A DNA stretch of 63,240 bases, filler included, from Licmophora abbreviata (taxonomy: Eukaryota), in assembly GCA_900291995.1 (NCBI GenBank). It is 17 parts of 17 records of this genome, joined end to end, with 100 filler letters (N's around TTAATTAATTAA, not from the genome) between each part and the next. Parts side by side here need not be neighbours in the genome. Positions count along the whole stretch, not along the records: positions 38,794 to 51,455 come from OLMU01001104.1; positions 51,556 to 54,315 come from OLMU01001105.1; 15 more parts are not named here. One strand, 5' to 3'. How positions within the stretch are numbered: the first letter of the stretch is position 1; each line of letters starts with the position of its first letter. The notes beneath the pieces were generated by a model, which made no database searches, was not told the DNA's origin, and was given only the letters and a program-made list of their open reading frames with translations. Below, one piece after another: positions 42,897 to 53,227 of this stretch. A program made the position numbers and the translations under genes.

Positions 42897-43148
42897 ATGA
42901 ATGATCTAGCCCGCACTCCAAGACAGATCGGCACCATCATCCAGCGTGCACGCAAGCGGCGCGGCTGGACACAGGTGCAGCTTGCGGAACGGGCAGGACT
43001 ACGACAAGCGACGATCTCAATGATCGAAACGGGTCAAAACCCTGCAAAGCTTGAAACCATCCTTGCAGTCCTTGCTGCTCTCGACCTTGAACTCAGGATA
43101 GGCGCGCGCTCCAAGGGTCACGAACGGGATATCGAGGCGCTGTTCTGA
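42897..43148 (+). CDS. hipB: HipB-like XRE antitoxin
   Basis: ARKRRGWTQVQLAERAGLRQATISMIETG HTH; coupled to hipA. Confidence 0.88.
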   Translation: MNDLARTPRQIGTIIQRARKRRGWTQVQLAERAGLRQATISMIETGQNPAKLETILAVLAALDLELRIGARSKGHERDIEALF

Positions 43149-44467
43149 TGGGACGGCGGCCGGCTTATGCGCCTTTACGCGTATATCTGAACAACCGCCG
43201 CGTCGGCGCACTGAGCCGCGAGGCCAGCGGCGCCATCAGTTTCTCGTATCATGATGACTGGCTGGGCTGGGAGCACGCCTTGCCAGCTTCTCTATCGCTG
43301 CCATTACGTGAGACACCTTATCGCGGCGAACCCGTTGCCGCCGTCTTCGAGAACCTGTTGCCGGATTCGGACAAGCTGCGCCGCCTAATTGCCGAAAAGG
43401 TCGGCGCGCGCGGCACGGACGCGTATAGCATGCTGACCAAGATCGGTCATGATTGCGTGGGTGCGCTGCAATTCGTTGTGGGAGATGATGATGCGCCTGA
43501 TGCCACGGGCACGCTGGACGGCGAGCCAGTCGATGAAGCCGCTATCGAAAAAATCCTCAAAGGCCTGAGTCAGGCGCCGCTCGGCATGACCAGAGACGAT
43601 GGCTTCCGGATTTCCGTGGCTGGCGCACAAGAAAAGACGGCACTGCTTTGGTATGATGGAAAATGGCTCAAACCGCATGGCACGACACCGACCACGCACA
43701 TCCTGAAGACGCAGATTGGTGAATTGCCCGGCGGTATCGATCTCTCGGATAGCGTTGAGAACGAATACTACTGCCTTAAACTGACCGAAGCCTTTGGTCT
43801 GCCGGTGAACACCGTCACCATTCAAACCTTCGGTGCTACCAAAGCGCTCGCCATCGAGCGCTTTGACCGCCGCTGGACGAAGGATGGCCGTTTGCTGCGC
43901 CTGCCACAGGAGGATTGCTGTCAGGCACTATCAGTGCCGCCTACCCTTAAATATCAGAATGAAGGTGGGCCGAGCATGGTTGATGTGTTGGAGTTACTAA
44001 AGGGCAGCGATGCGCCGATGGAAGATCAGGAGGTCTTCCTGAAAGCCCAACTGGTGTTCTGGCTGATTGGCGCAACTGATGGCCACGCGAAAAACTTCAG
44101 TGTGTTCCTAGGTCCCGGCGGAAGTTACCGCATGACGCCGTTATACGACATCCTGACAGCTCAGATCGCTTTCAATACGCGCCAGATTGAACGCAAACAA
44201 ATGAGGACGGCCATGTCGGTCGGCAATAGTCGCCATTACCGCTTTGATCAGATTCATGGGCGCCATTTTGTACAGACCGCTATGCGTGCGGGTCTGTCAA
44301 AAAGGCGAGCGATTGACATCATCGAAGACGTCGTGGCGCTGGCGTCGAGTGCAGTGGAGATATCTGCCAATACACTCCCAAAGGGCTTTCCAATGGGGAT
44401 CGTCGATGCAGTGAGCGAAGTCGTCACGGACCGTTTGCGCAGTCTTGATCTGATGGATCCAGCTTAA
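43148..44467 (+). CDS. hipA: HipA Ser/Thr kinase toxin
   Basis: SLSLP, FENLLPD, ISVAGAQEKTAL, ERFDR, QEDCCQA, TDGHAKNFS, PLYD. Confidence 0.95.
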   Translation: MGRRPAYAPLRVYLNNRRVGALSREASGAISFSYHDDWLGWEHALPASLSLPLRETPYRGEPVAAVFENLLPDSDKLRRLIAEKVGARGTDAYSMLTKIGHDCVGALQFVVGDDDAPDATGTLDGEPVDEAAIEKILKGLSQAPLGMTRDDGFRISVAGAQEKTALLWYDGKWLKPHGTTPTTHILKTQIGELPGGIDLSDSVENEYYCLKLTEAFGLPVNTVTIQTFGATKALAIERFDRRWTKDGRLLRLPQEDCCQALSVPPTLKYQNEGGPSMVDVLELLKGSDAPMEDQEVFLKAQLVFWLIGATDGHAKNFSVFLGPGGSYRMTPLYDILTAQIAFNTRQIERKQMRTAMSVGNSRHYRFDQIHGRHFVQTAMRAGLSKRRAIDIIEDVVALASSAVEISANTLPKGFPMGIVDAVSEVVTDRLRSLDLMDPA

Positions 44468-45085
44468 CTGGACAACAGTGACCCCTGTCCCCGTGAACCG
44501 GTGTTCACGCGTCGGCTCTGTTCAGGTTTTGCTCAGATCTGACGGCCTTGGGATACCCTCTCAGTATCAGCCTTTAGACGCGCTCGGTAAAGCCGAATGC
44601 GGCACTAGGTGGCGCCGGAGTTACAGGCACTTGACTCATTCTCGGAGATGTCTTTCCAGCATGTGGTCAAATTTTCCAGCTTTCAGTCCCGAGCCAGCCG
44701 ATGAGGCTGGACCTTCCTTTATCTGCCTCACGAGACGCGCTTGTTGAGCGATGGCGTAGCCTGCAAAAGCCCGTCATTGGGGCCGATGCCAGTGTCAGCA
44801 CCAGTATCCTTTAGATAGATTGGGAGTTATAGCATACATTTTTAAAGATAAGTCTCGAAAAGTCTCGGTTCAACTGGAGACAGTTTAGGGAGAGTTTAGG
44901 GGGAAATTTCCCAGATTTGGGTCTGAAACGCGCCGTCTGCGAGACAACTCAGACAAAACTCTTCCGAAAACTCCCTATGGGTGAAATCCCAACCAAGACC
45001 CGGCTTTCACCCTAAACGAACCTGTAGGCTAACCGGAAGGTTTTTCCTCGCGCAGAGCCTTCTGAATTTAACCAAAATTCAATCG

Positions 45086-45487
45086 TCACGCCTGTTTACG
45101 CGGTCTGCCACCTTTGCGGCCATTTTCGCGGGCGGCTGCGGCTTTGGCCGGAGATGTGGCCCGTCCAGCACGCCGAGCCATGTAGGCCTTGGTCCCGAAC
45201 AATCCAGCCAGCAAACCAGGTATCGACAGGTCCACATCCAGGGCTTCCCAGTGCAGGCCGTAACCCGCTCCGAGAATTTCAACCTTGGCGAGGTCTTCTT
45301 GCGCTGCGGCTTCCAATCCCTGTGCAATCCTTGGGGGAAAGGTAAAAGAACACCCGTTTGTCAGATCAACTATGATCCGGTCTTTGCGCTTGTCATATCG
45401 AGCCGCCTTTGCGCGAGGTTCATTTTGCTGTGCGATATGACCACGTTCGATGGCCGCATTGATTTCAGCTTCCGTCAGTTCAACCAT
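45086..45487 (-). CDS. DUF2442-like protein (putative antitoxin)
   Basis: GLHWEALDVDLSIPGLL; C-terminus AAAARENGRKGGRPRK. Confidence 0.82.
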   Translation of the reverse strand: MVELTEAEINAAIERGHIAQQNEPRAKAARYDKRKDRIIVDLTNGCSFTFPPRIAQGLEAAAQEDLAKVEILGAGYGLHWEALDVDLSIPGLLAGLFGTKAYMARRAGRATSPAKAAAARENGRKGGRPRKQA

Positions 45488-45719
45488 GGATTTCCCTCCA
45501 TTTGGCAAGAAAAGCATCTTGCTGGTTCTCGACTATTTGCACGGCTCGACGCACATCGTTCACTTTCATTCCTTGTGTCCAGACCAGAGCTGGAATTCCA
45601 TCAGGTCCAACCAGGTTGATCTTGAGTTCCCCATCGCCAAACACGTGCACATGGGCAGGCTCGTGATCGTTTGTGAAGATGACAATGCGCAGTCCATGTG
45701 CTCGGTATATTGTGACCAT
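45480..45719 (-). CDS. DUF4160-like protein (putative toxin)
   Basis: GLRIVIFTNDHEPAHVHV...W.EIHG; overlaps the DUF2442 gene. Confidence 0.82.
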   Translation of the reverse strand: MVTIYRAHGLRIVIFTNDHEPAHVHVFGDGELKINLVGPDGIPALVWTQGMKVNDVRRAVQIVENQQDAFLAKWREIHG

Positions 45720-46760
45720 GTGGGAAAATAACCTATCTGGTTGGGTTTTACAACAGGCCCGCAGGTGGCCTTTTGTCAGGTCAGCTCTGCTGAACAAGCA
45801 TCAAGCACCAAAAAGGAACCAGCTCCAAAAGCAATCCAGGATAGCTGATGAAGGATCCAGACAAAGAGCAGGAAACAGTTCAAATCAAGATTGATGCCGG
45901 AACTGGAATGCTCATCCAAACCATTCTCGAAATCGAGCGTGGTGAAGATGTCTCCGTAGATGAAACGATGGAAGTAATCTCGTGTGCTTTAATTCATCTC
46001 AGATTCATTCAAGATGAGGATCCCGAATGCTCAAATTCATCAGCATCGTAGGGTACATCTGTATCCTGCTGGCCATCCTGAGCAGTGTCCTAAGCCTAGC
46101 CGCTTCTCTTGCGTCACAGCTTCTGACACTCGGCCTGGTCCTGGTCTTCGGAGCACTGATCGCTGGTATCGGGAAGGACTCAGACAATGTTTGAATTCAT
46201 CTTCGGTGGCGATCAACTCCTCTGGATCAGCTTTGATATCTTCTTCGGACTCGAGGAAGACCTCTACTTGGGAGAGTGAAGTGAAGACCTTAATGCTGGA
46301 ACTGATTTTTCCGGCCCTAAACTCACCCTGCAATGTGGGGTGAGTTTTCTTTCTTCTTTCTGAGACATCTGGAGTTAACTCTCAAAAAAGTCTTTAGTAT
46401 TCAGGGGGTAACTCTTGGAATGAGGCTGTTCTGGCAGGGTGCAAGCGATTTTTTGGACCTGTGCGCTGATCCAAGCCTCCATCTGGCTGCTTGATTGACG
46501 ACCTGCCTCGATAAGGTCTCGACCTGATTTCTGAATTGGCAAATCTGTCTCTCTCAGGCCTGGGATGGGGCGGACTCTCATATCAGAAATCGCGCAGGCT
46601 GCCGCCAAGATTGCTTCGGTATGTACTGGTTCGGTGTGCTTTGGTGTAAGCAACAATCTGTGCTTCCTGGATCCGAGAAGAAATATGGTCGACACGATCA
46701 TCCTCGTGGTAATCACGATGCTTCCGGCTCGGTCGATGCTGATCATCTTCGTGACGATCA

Positions 46761-46789
46761 TTGACATGTACGGCGATTTGCCGTACATT
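46761..46789 (+). promoter_or_regulatory. Sigma70 promoter with palindromic operator for the DUF1778-GNAT module
   Basis: TTGACA-N17-TACATT with ATGTACGGC-gattt-GCCGTACAT overlapping both boxes. Confidence 0.8.
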
Positions 46790-46810
46790 TTCTGATAAAG
46801 GAGATCGGTT

Positions 46811-47119
46811 ATGTTTGCCATCGAACCTACTGCACCTACGCCCGGCAAGATGGAGGCGCGCAAAGAGTTGCGCATGCATCGTTCTGATGAAGAGCGCATC
46901 AAGGCTGCAGCTGCTGCCACTGGCCTGCAGGAAGCCGACTTTATTCGTCAGGCAGCCCTTCTGCGTGCATATGAAGTCGAACAGCGCATGTCTCTCTCCA
47001 TTCTCCCCGTTGACGCATTCGAAGCTTTCAAGGCCGCTGTCGAGACGCCGGGAAAAGTTGTGCCCGGTCTGGCACGCGCTGCGGAAGCATCGAAGGGTCT
47101 GCTGAAGGATGCCGACTGA
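46811..47119 (+). CDS. DUF1778 (TacA/AtaR-like) RHH antitoxin
   Basis: EARKELR...IKAAAAATG...DFIRQAAL..A; AAGGAG RBS. Confidence 0.82.
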   Translation: MFAIEPTAPTPGKMEARKELRMHRSDEERIKAAAAATGLQEADFIRQAALLRAYEVEQRMSLSILPVDAFEAFKAAVETPGKVVPGLARAAEASKGLLKDAD

Positions 47120-47654
47120 GATCACGGCGCACAGGCCAGCCCTCATAATCGCCAAGTTCAACAAGGCGCTGCATGACCGCAGCGCCTTTTCTTGCGGGTT
47201 TGGGCCAATTGATAACTTCCTGAAAAACTCGCTTTCGGATCAAATCAAGGCAGGGCTGGTTGCAGCATGGATCGCTACATCTGGCGACGATCCCGCGGTG
47301 CTCGGCTTCTATACTCTTGGTGCAATGGCAGTTCGAGCCAATCTTGGTCCGAAAAAATGGCAGCGCGCCCGCGTGCCCGACATTCCAGTCATCTATTTGC
47401 GTGCGGTAGCCGTACGGGAAGACAAGCAAGGTTTGGGCTTGGGAAGCGCGCTTGTCCTCGACGCCTTGAAGCGCTGTCTCGAAATTTCTGAACAAATTGG
47501 TGCCGCAGCCATCACGCTCGATGTACTACAGGGCGACCATTTCGATCGTCGTTGGAAATTCTATGCCGAACTGGGTTTCAGCCCCCTTGGCGACCCTGAA
47601 AATCCGAACCGTGTCTTCATTCCTATGGCGGATGTACGAGCGACCCTTGGCTGA
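47109..47654 (+). CDS. GNAT acetyltransferase toxin (TacT/AtaT-like)
   Basis: HDRSAFSCG..IDNFL, VLGFYTL, IPVIYL..VAV..DKQGLGLGSALV, FY..LGF. Confidence 0.87.
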   Translation: MPTEITAHRPALIIAKFNKALHDRSAFSCGFGPIDNFLKNSLSDQIKAGLVAAWIATSGDDPAVLGFYTLGAMAVRANLGPKKWQRARVPDIPVIYLRAVAVREDKQGLGLGSALVLDALKRCLEISEQIGAAAITLDVLQGDHFDRRWKFYAELGFSPLGDPENPNRVFIPMADVRATLG

Positions 47655-47668
47655 GGTTCGATGCCAAT

Positions 47669-47797
47669 TCAAATACTGGCGAAATCTTCGAACACTTGTT
47701 TTGAAATAGTCTTATCGCTAGTGGCCCGTGGTTCCACGGATGACTTAGACGCTTTTGCAAGGCCCTTCTTTGCTGCTTCCTGGTCCGACTTTGACAT
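47669..47797 (-). CDS. Small protein (42 aa) ending FEDFASI
   Basis: GAGGA RBS, MSKSDQEAAKK...KQVFEDFASI*. Confidence 0.5.
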   Translation of the reverse strand: MSKSDQEAAKKGLAKASKSSVEPRATSDKTISKQVFEDFASI

Positions 47798-48352
47798 GGA
47801 TCTGATCCTCTTTTCCGGGCAGATCGGCCTTACAGCGCCGACCGGCGCCTCGAGTTTATCGTGCGAAAGCACTGGATCATTAGAGCAATCTGGAGATACC
47901 GGCTTGGGGCAGGCATCGATCCAACGCTTCCGCAATTTCAGGATGTTGCAGCGAGCGGCGATGATCTACCGGTATTTCTGAAAAACACTGTCTCAAATTT
48001 GGCAAAAATATGGCGAAATATAGGCGAAGGATTGCTCCTGATATATTTCTAGGCTGTCTCGTTGCCTTGCGTCAAAATTAAGTAAGATAATGAAAAGAGT
48101 TAATTTTTTGTTTTATCTCGAAAACAAGAAACGTTTTCAAACCAGCCTGCCGGCTTAAAAAATTTTATGCCCAGAACTGTGCTAACGCCGGTAGCGCAAA
48201 CTTTGCGAGGCTCTTATTTTCAAGTAGCCCAGACTCATGCGCAGCAACAATGCTCCCCTATTTTAGAAATTGTTTCAATTTATGACGTAGTCTTAGCGAT
48301 GCCGTAGACATACATTTCTCAAAGTGTTGCGCCAATTAAGATAACGAAGTCC

Positions 48353-49156
48353 TTACGGAATGAGATTCATCATCAGCGCACAGAACACTAAAAACATCAG
48401 AACTAATTGGGTCTGTTTGTATGACTCCATCCTGCGAAAGTGTTCGGCCCTGAGGCGCTGAAAATCAAGTGCGGGACTCAGTGTTTCATGTGTGTGAACG
48501 CTCAAATCACAATTCGCTGTCATTGCATTGGTCGCCGCCTGACCTTGAAGACGAGGCCGGTTGTAATCGACAACGCTCGCAAGACGCGGCACGCGCCTAT
48601 GAACTTTTTCTGCTTGTTCGACAGTGCGATTACTTCTTCTGGGTCGCGACATGGGCGGCGTGGTCCCTGCCGCACTTGCTCTTGAAATATCGGAAAAGCT
48701 GGCGGGGTTGGCTGTCTCTTCACGTTGACCGTTCATGCAATTGGTTTCAGCTATTTGATCAACGGATTGTTCAAAAATAGCTTTTATGGAAGGTGTCAAA
48801 TGCACCTTCTTATCCGCTATGTATGTGATGGCTGCCGTTCTTATCCTGTCTGCTTCCTCGTTGCTCTGCGCCCGAACTTGAACAATCGACAAAACGTACA
48901 GCGCAAAATCTTGGGGAGAGAACTCCCCCAATGATCGCACCATTTTCTGATAAGCCAACGCGAGTTGCAGGTCGGTTATAAGGCCGACTGAACCAGTAAC
49001 CTCGATGCCGGAATAATGCGAAAGCGCAATTATTGCCTCCGAAACGCATGCGGTTTCCTGCGTGTCTTGTTGGATTTGGCTTGGCGAAATTGCATGAAGC
49101 GAAATTTCAGCGTCTTCTGCCTTGCCTTTTTTTCTTGTCTGGAAAAAATCAAGCAT
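48353..49156 (-). CDS. Hypothetical protein with C-terminal hydrophobic anchor, in an AT-rich tract
   Basis: 267-aa ORF in low-GC DNA, where long chance ORFs are unlikely. Confidence 0.55.
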   Translation of the reverse strand: MLDFFQTRKKGKAEDAEISLHAISPSQIQQDTQETACVSEAIIALSHYSGIEVTGSVGLITDLQLALAYQKMVRSLGEFSPQDFALYVLSIVQVRAQSNEEADRIRTAAITYIADKKVHLTPSIKAIFEQSVDQIAETNCMNGQREETANPASFSDISRASAAGTTPPMSRPRRSNRTVEQAEKVHRRVPRLASVVDYNRPRLQGQAATNAMTANCDLSVHTHETLSPALDFQRLRAEHFRRMESYKQTQLVLMFLVFCALMMNLIP

Positions 49157-49755
49157 AAATGAGCCTAAAAATATATAGCTATCTACATAGTGTAGCTCAT
49201 CGGCAAGTTTGGCTCAATATATTGATGAATTGAAAAAGTCATTGTTGTTAAGTGGAGTTGGTTGATGTGACGCTCGATATGGCGTGTCGGAAGGCTAGCG
49301 GTTATATGCCTTTGTTATTTTTAGGTCTTGATTGGCCATTTTGGCGGCAAGGTCCTTGCGGGCAGTATTCGCGCCCAAGAAACCGTTTTGGGATCCAATC
49401 GACTACCATAAATAGAGGTGGCAGGCGCGGCTAGCGTTCAACGTCAAGCTCTTGCTCACCACAACATGTAGCGGTCGCAAAGTATTATGTTGCCTTCCAT
49501 TTTTCAAAGCTCTATCCTGAAGACGTGGTGAAAAAAGGCACAAGATTTAGTGATCCCTCATCGCATGTCAGTTCAGGCCGTTCAGTCGTGAGCAAACTGG
49601 CACAGATATTCAAATCGGCGCTGTAAATCCTTTCGGGGGAGGCCACTCGTTTTCCCCAAGGAGATACGCAGGCACGCCATGCAGACAAGCATGATGCTCT
49701 GCGTTGCCACCGTCGACTTGATTTCCCCAAGTTCCCGGACACGGAGACATGCACG

Positions 49756-50025
49756 ATGCCAAAAGATTCCACCCTAAGCACACAAAGCGCCTTCGGCTCG
49801 ATTTCATGGGCGGCCCAACGCCTTGGCATGTCCAAGGACATGTTCATGAAAAAACGCGATACCTTGGAAGCAGAGGGGTTTCCGGAACCCGACCCCCTGA
49901 CCAACTTCTATCTCAAGGCCGATGTCGACGCCTGGATCGACCATAGACGGCGCGTGCCTGATGCGCCCGCCAACACTGGCACACTCAGCCGGACCCGGAG
50001 CGAGGTGAATTTCGATGCCGTTTAA
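49756..50025 (+). CDS. Excisionase/AlpA-like DNA-binding protein (start uncertain)
   Basis: AAQRLGMS...F...L...GFPEPDP...Y.K.DVDAWID; overlaps the integrase start. Confidence 0.7.
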   Translation: MPKDSTLSTQSAFGSISWAAQRLGMSKDMFMKKRDTLEAEGFPEPDPLTNFYLKADVDAWIDHRRRVPDAPANTGTLSRTRSEVNFDAV

Positions 50026-51241
50026 ACCCGCCCTTTGGGATGGTTCCGACCCGTTTTATGCTCCCTGCCTGTCCTGGTCGGGCCGGGATGCCGGAGCGCG
50101 ACAGGCCCGATGGAAATGCCCCCGCAAGTACCGGGAAGCCGGCTACAAGGTTCCGGCCATCAAGGTCGGTCCTCCGGGCCATCCGGGGGACGAACATCAA
50201 CTGGACCGCGCCCTGCGCTGCAGGCAACTGACCCAAGAGATGCTCCGCTGGTGGGACAGTCTGGATCAGCCGAAAATACGCTTCGGCACGTGGCATTATC
50301 TGATCGCCCGCTACAGGCACGATGAGTATTCGCCGATCCATGAGGTGAAGGCCAACACCAAGCATGGCTATCTGCAGCAACTGGCGAAACTCGAGGCCGT
50401 CATCGGTCATATGCCGATCGAGGATCTGACATACGAACAGATCAAGCGCCTCCAGAAAGTGATGGAGCAAAAGGGCAGGTCGATTTCCTATATCCACCGG
50501 TTTTTCAATACGCTCCGGCGGGTCGCGCGATATGGCAAGGCGTTGCAGATCCCCGAGGCCGCAGCTGTTGCCGACACCCTCTCTGAAATGCGCTTCCAGT
50601 CGCCCGCCGCACGGCAAGTGGCACCCACACGGGATCAGATATACCGGATCGTGGCTGCCGCCGATGCAGCGGGCCTTCCGGACTTCGCCTTGGGGATCCT
50701 GATCCAGTACGAATTCACCCTGCGCGCTGTCGACGTGCGGGGCCAGTGGCTCCCTGCGAACCCGCAGGAAGGCGGCATCGTTCGGGAGGGCAAGCGCTGG
50801 CAGGACGGTTTGACATGGGACATGTTCGACGAGGACCTGACCTGTTTTTCCAAGGTGATTTCCAAGACAGCCAAAAGCCTGCCGGAGCCCTATCACTTCG
50901 ATCTAACCCCCTTGCCGGAAATCCGCAGCCGGCTTCGTCTGCTGCGCCCTGCAGAGCCTGTCGGGCCTGTCCTGTTGTCCATGCGCTCAGGCGGCTTGCC
51001 TTATACCGCCAGCGGATGGGTGCAGGCTTGGCGCCGTTTGCGTGAGGCGGCGGGTTTGCCGCAAGAGCTCTGGATGATGGATGTCCGTGCCGGTGCCGTG
51101 ACCGAAGCAAAGACCCTCGGGGTGGATCCATACGCGCTCAGGGACGCAGCCCAACACGCCAGCATCTCCACCACCAACCGCTATTCGCGCAACCGCAGCG
51201 ACGGTGCCAACCAGATCGTCAAGCTGCGCCGCAAACGGTGA
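50015..51241 (+). CDS. Tyrosine recombinase / phage-type integrase
   Basis: SAM-like core-binding region; LRAVD (Arg I), SKT, MDVRAGAVTE (Arg II), AAQHASISTTNRY (His, Tyr). Confidence 0.85.
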   Translation: MPFKPALWDGSDPFYAPCLSWSGRDAGARQARWKCPRKYREAGYKVPAIKVGPPGHPGDEHQLDRALRCRQLTQEMLRWWDSLDQPKIRFGTWHYLIARYRHDEYSPIHEVKANTKHGYLQQLAKLEAVIGHMPIEDLTYEQIKRLQKVMEQKGRSISYIHRFFNTLRRVARYGKALQIPEAAAVADTLSEMRFQSPAARQVAPTRDQIYRIVAAADAAGLPDFALGILIQYEFTLRAVDVRGQWLPANPQEGGIVREGKRWQDGLTWDMFDEDLTCFSKVISKTAKSLPEPYHFDLTPLPEIRSRLRLLRPAEPVGPVLLSMRSGGLPYTASGWVQAWRRLREAAGLPQELWMMDVRAGAVTEAKTLGVDPYALRDAAQHASISTTNRYSRNRSDGANQIVKLRRKR

Positions 51242-51302
51242 ATGCACGACCCGGGAGCCATGTTCGCAAGCCCCTTCGCCCGAGCGGGTCGCGAAGCCCC
51301 AT

Positions 51303-51786
51303 CTAGAACGCAGGCAGTTTCAAAACCCGGTCTTCAAGGCTGCGGCCACGTCCAAAGCCCGACACAGCGGTCGTCTTCCCGCCTCGGTATTTCGGGCCGC
51401 CGCGTCCTTTGCTGCCACTCGCATGATCGTCACCATGGTCGTCAGTGTGATCGTCNNNNNNNNNNNNNNNNNNNNNNNNNNNNNNNNNNNNNNNNNNNNT
51501 TAATTAATTAANNNNNNNNNNNNNNNNNNNNNNNNNNNNNNNNNNNNNNNNNNNNATGATCGTCAGTGTGATCGTCTGTGTGGCCATCCTCTCCGGTGTG
51601 GCGATCTGTGGGGCGTCCATGCTGGCCGCCACCCGCGCCACCGCGGCCGCTGCCTCCTCCGCCTGACGCATGGTCGCTCTTGGTGTGATCGGTTTGCTGT
51701 GCAAGCGCGGGGCCGGCGGTGACGCATGCAAGAAGGCCGGTGATCATAAGACGTCGGTTGATGCAGTCGCAGTCCATTGGGGTCAT
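51303..51786 (-). CDS. Tat-exported Gly/His/Asp-rich small protein; split by gap 51456-51555
   Basis: NRRLMITGLLAC..GPALA signal; HTDD repeats on both sides of the gap; tail KGRGGPKYRGG...RSLEDRVLKLPAF*. Confidence 0.72.
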
Positions 51787-51798
51787 CCTTTCAAGAGT

Positions 51799-51824
51799 GC
51801 GGGGCGGCCCGAAGACCGCCCCGT
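51799..51824 (-). terminator. Intergenic hairpin
   Basis: CGGGGCGG-N8-CCGCCCCG between the 406-aa gene and the His-rich gene. Confidence 0.5.
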
Positions 51825-51833
51825 CTGTTGTCC

Positions 51834-53054
51834 CTATTCAAGGGATTCCGGCACCGCGTATTCGTGGATGAACTCGATCACTGCGCGCGCATCATCTGCC
51901 GCCAGTGTATAGGCGTCGAGCGTCCCTGACGCCGACGCATCAACGCCAAGCCCATCGGCATCGCCGAACACGGTGTCAAAGATATCCACATCCTGCGGCA
52001 GGAACGACCCGTCATCCTGCTCCACCAAGACCGTCGCCATGACCCCGTCATAGGTATCCGACCGGTCATACGAGAAATTCTCGAAATCGATCACCGAATA
52101 GGTCACGTCGCCAACGGTCGTGGTCTTGATGTCCAGAAACGCGTTGATATAGGCGATCTCGTCCGAGGTGAACACACCCGACTTGTCGGTCGCCGCCGCC
52201 AAGAACGCGGCAGATGCATCCAGATCGGCCTGCGTATAGGTGCCGTCCACCATGAAATCATAGCTGTCCCCCGGCAGGTCCGACACACCGGGGATCGTGC
52301 CTTGGGTCAACAGCGCGACATAGATCGCGAGGTTCTCAAGGGGTGAATCGATGGTCTTTTCCTCGCCATCCACCGTCAGCACCAGACGTCCGGCGGCATC
52401 GGTCGATACATCCGTTGCACTGTTGAGCACCGCGATCACCTCATCGGCGCGTGTCAGAAGCACCTTCGAAGGCGCGCGACCCACATTCAGACGGCCGAGC
52501 TCAACCTCGAGCGTCAGTGTTTCGTCAACGGGTTTGCCTTCTTCATCCAGCTCGATGGTGTTTCCCTCGGAATCGATCGGCTGCACAAAGCCCTCATCCG
52601 TCAGGATCGGCACACCGTCGTCGTCGCGCAGGATAACCCACAGGTCTCCGAACAGATCGCCCTTGGCCGATCCCGCGGTCGACGGCTGCCCACCCCCTGC
52701 GCCATCCTTGCCACCGGGCTGCCCTGACCATTCAGGCCGGTCCGAAGTGTCATCACCCTCATCGGCGCTCTCTACCGCGTCACTCCCTCGGCGACCTTGA
52801 TCACCCATCCCGGTGATATCCTTGAAAATGCCACCAAGACCCTTGGCGCCACCGCCGCCCTGGCCCATTTGGCCACCCGAACCGTGACCGCCACCCGCAC
52901 CGCCCTGACCGCCGCCTTGCTGCATCTGCTTGCCGCTGTGCTGGTCTGCCTGGACCATGTCCGGAACCAGCGAACCCGTGGTCAGAGCCAGAGCCGCACA
53001 CCCTACCGTGAGCCATGCTTTTACAGACAGTTTCCGAAAGGATTTCTTAGGCAT
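51834..53054 (-). CDS. Secreted protein with Gly/Gln-rich N-terminus and acidic globular domain
   Basis: Signal peptide; GDLFGDLWVILRDDDGVPIL, EVELGRLNVGRAP, TIDSPLENLAIY; AGGAGG RBS. Confidence 0.8.
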   Translation of the reverse strand: MPKKSFRKLSVKAWLTVGCAALALTTGSLVPDMVQADQHSGKQMQQGGGQGGAGGGHGSGGQMGQGGGGAKGLGGIFKDITGMGDQGRRGSDAVESADEGDDTSDRPEWSGQPGGKDGAGGGQPSTAGSAKGDLFGDLWVILRDDDGVPILTDEGFVQPIDSEGNTIELDEEGKPVDETLTLEVELGRLNVGRAPSKVLLTRADEVIAVLNSATDVSTDAAGRLVLTVDGEEKTIDSPLENLAIYVALLTQGTIPGVSDLPGDSYDFMVDGTYTQADLDASAAFLAAATDKSGVFTSDEIAYINAFLDIKTTTVGDVTYSVIDFENFSYDRSDTYDGVMATVLVEQDDGSFLPQDVDIFDTVFGDADGLGVDASASGTLDAYTLAADDARAVIEFIHEYAVPESLE

Positions 53055-53227
53055 CTCACATCCTCCTATTTGCGAGAAAGGGTCAAGAAGCAGCCGGTAT
53101 TCAGCGCGTCCGCTTTCCCGTCTTTCTTTTCAGCACAGGAAACACATTCGCTTATTGATAGGTGTCAACGGCCGTGGACGCGTGCGCTTCACCGCCCGTG
53201 CACCGCGTTGAAAAACCAGCCGGAATA

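Noticed and set aside
45848..46920. Small ORFs 45848-46051, 46040-46333 and 46375-46920
   Set aside because: No recognisable motifs and conflicting frames; cannot support a call
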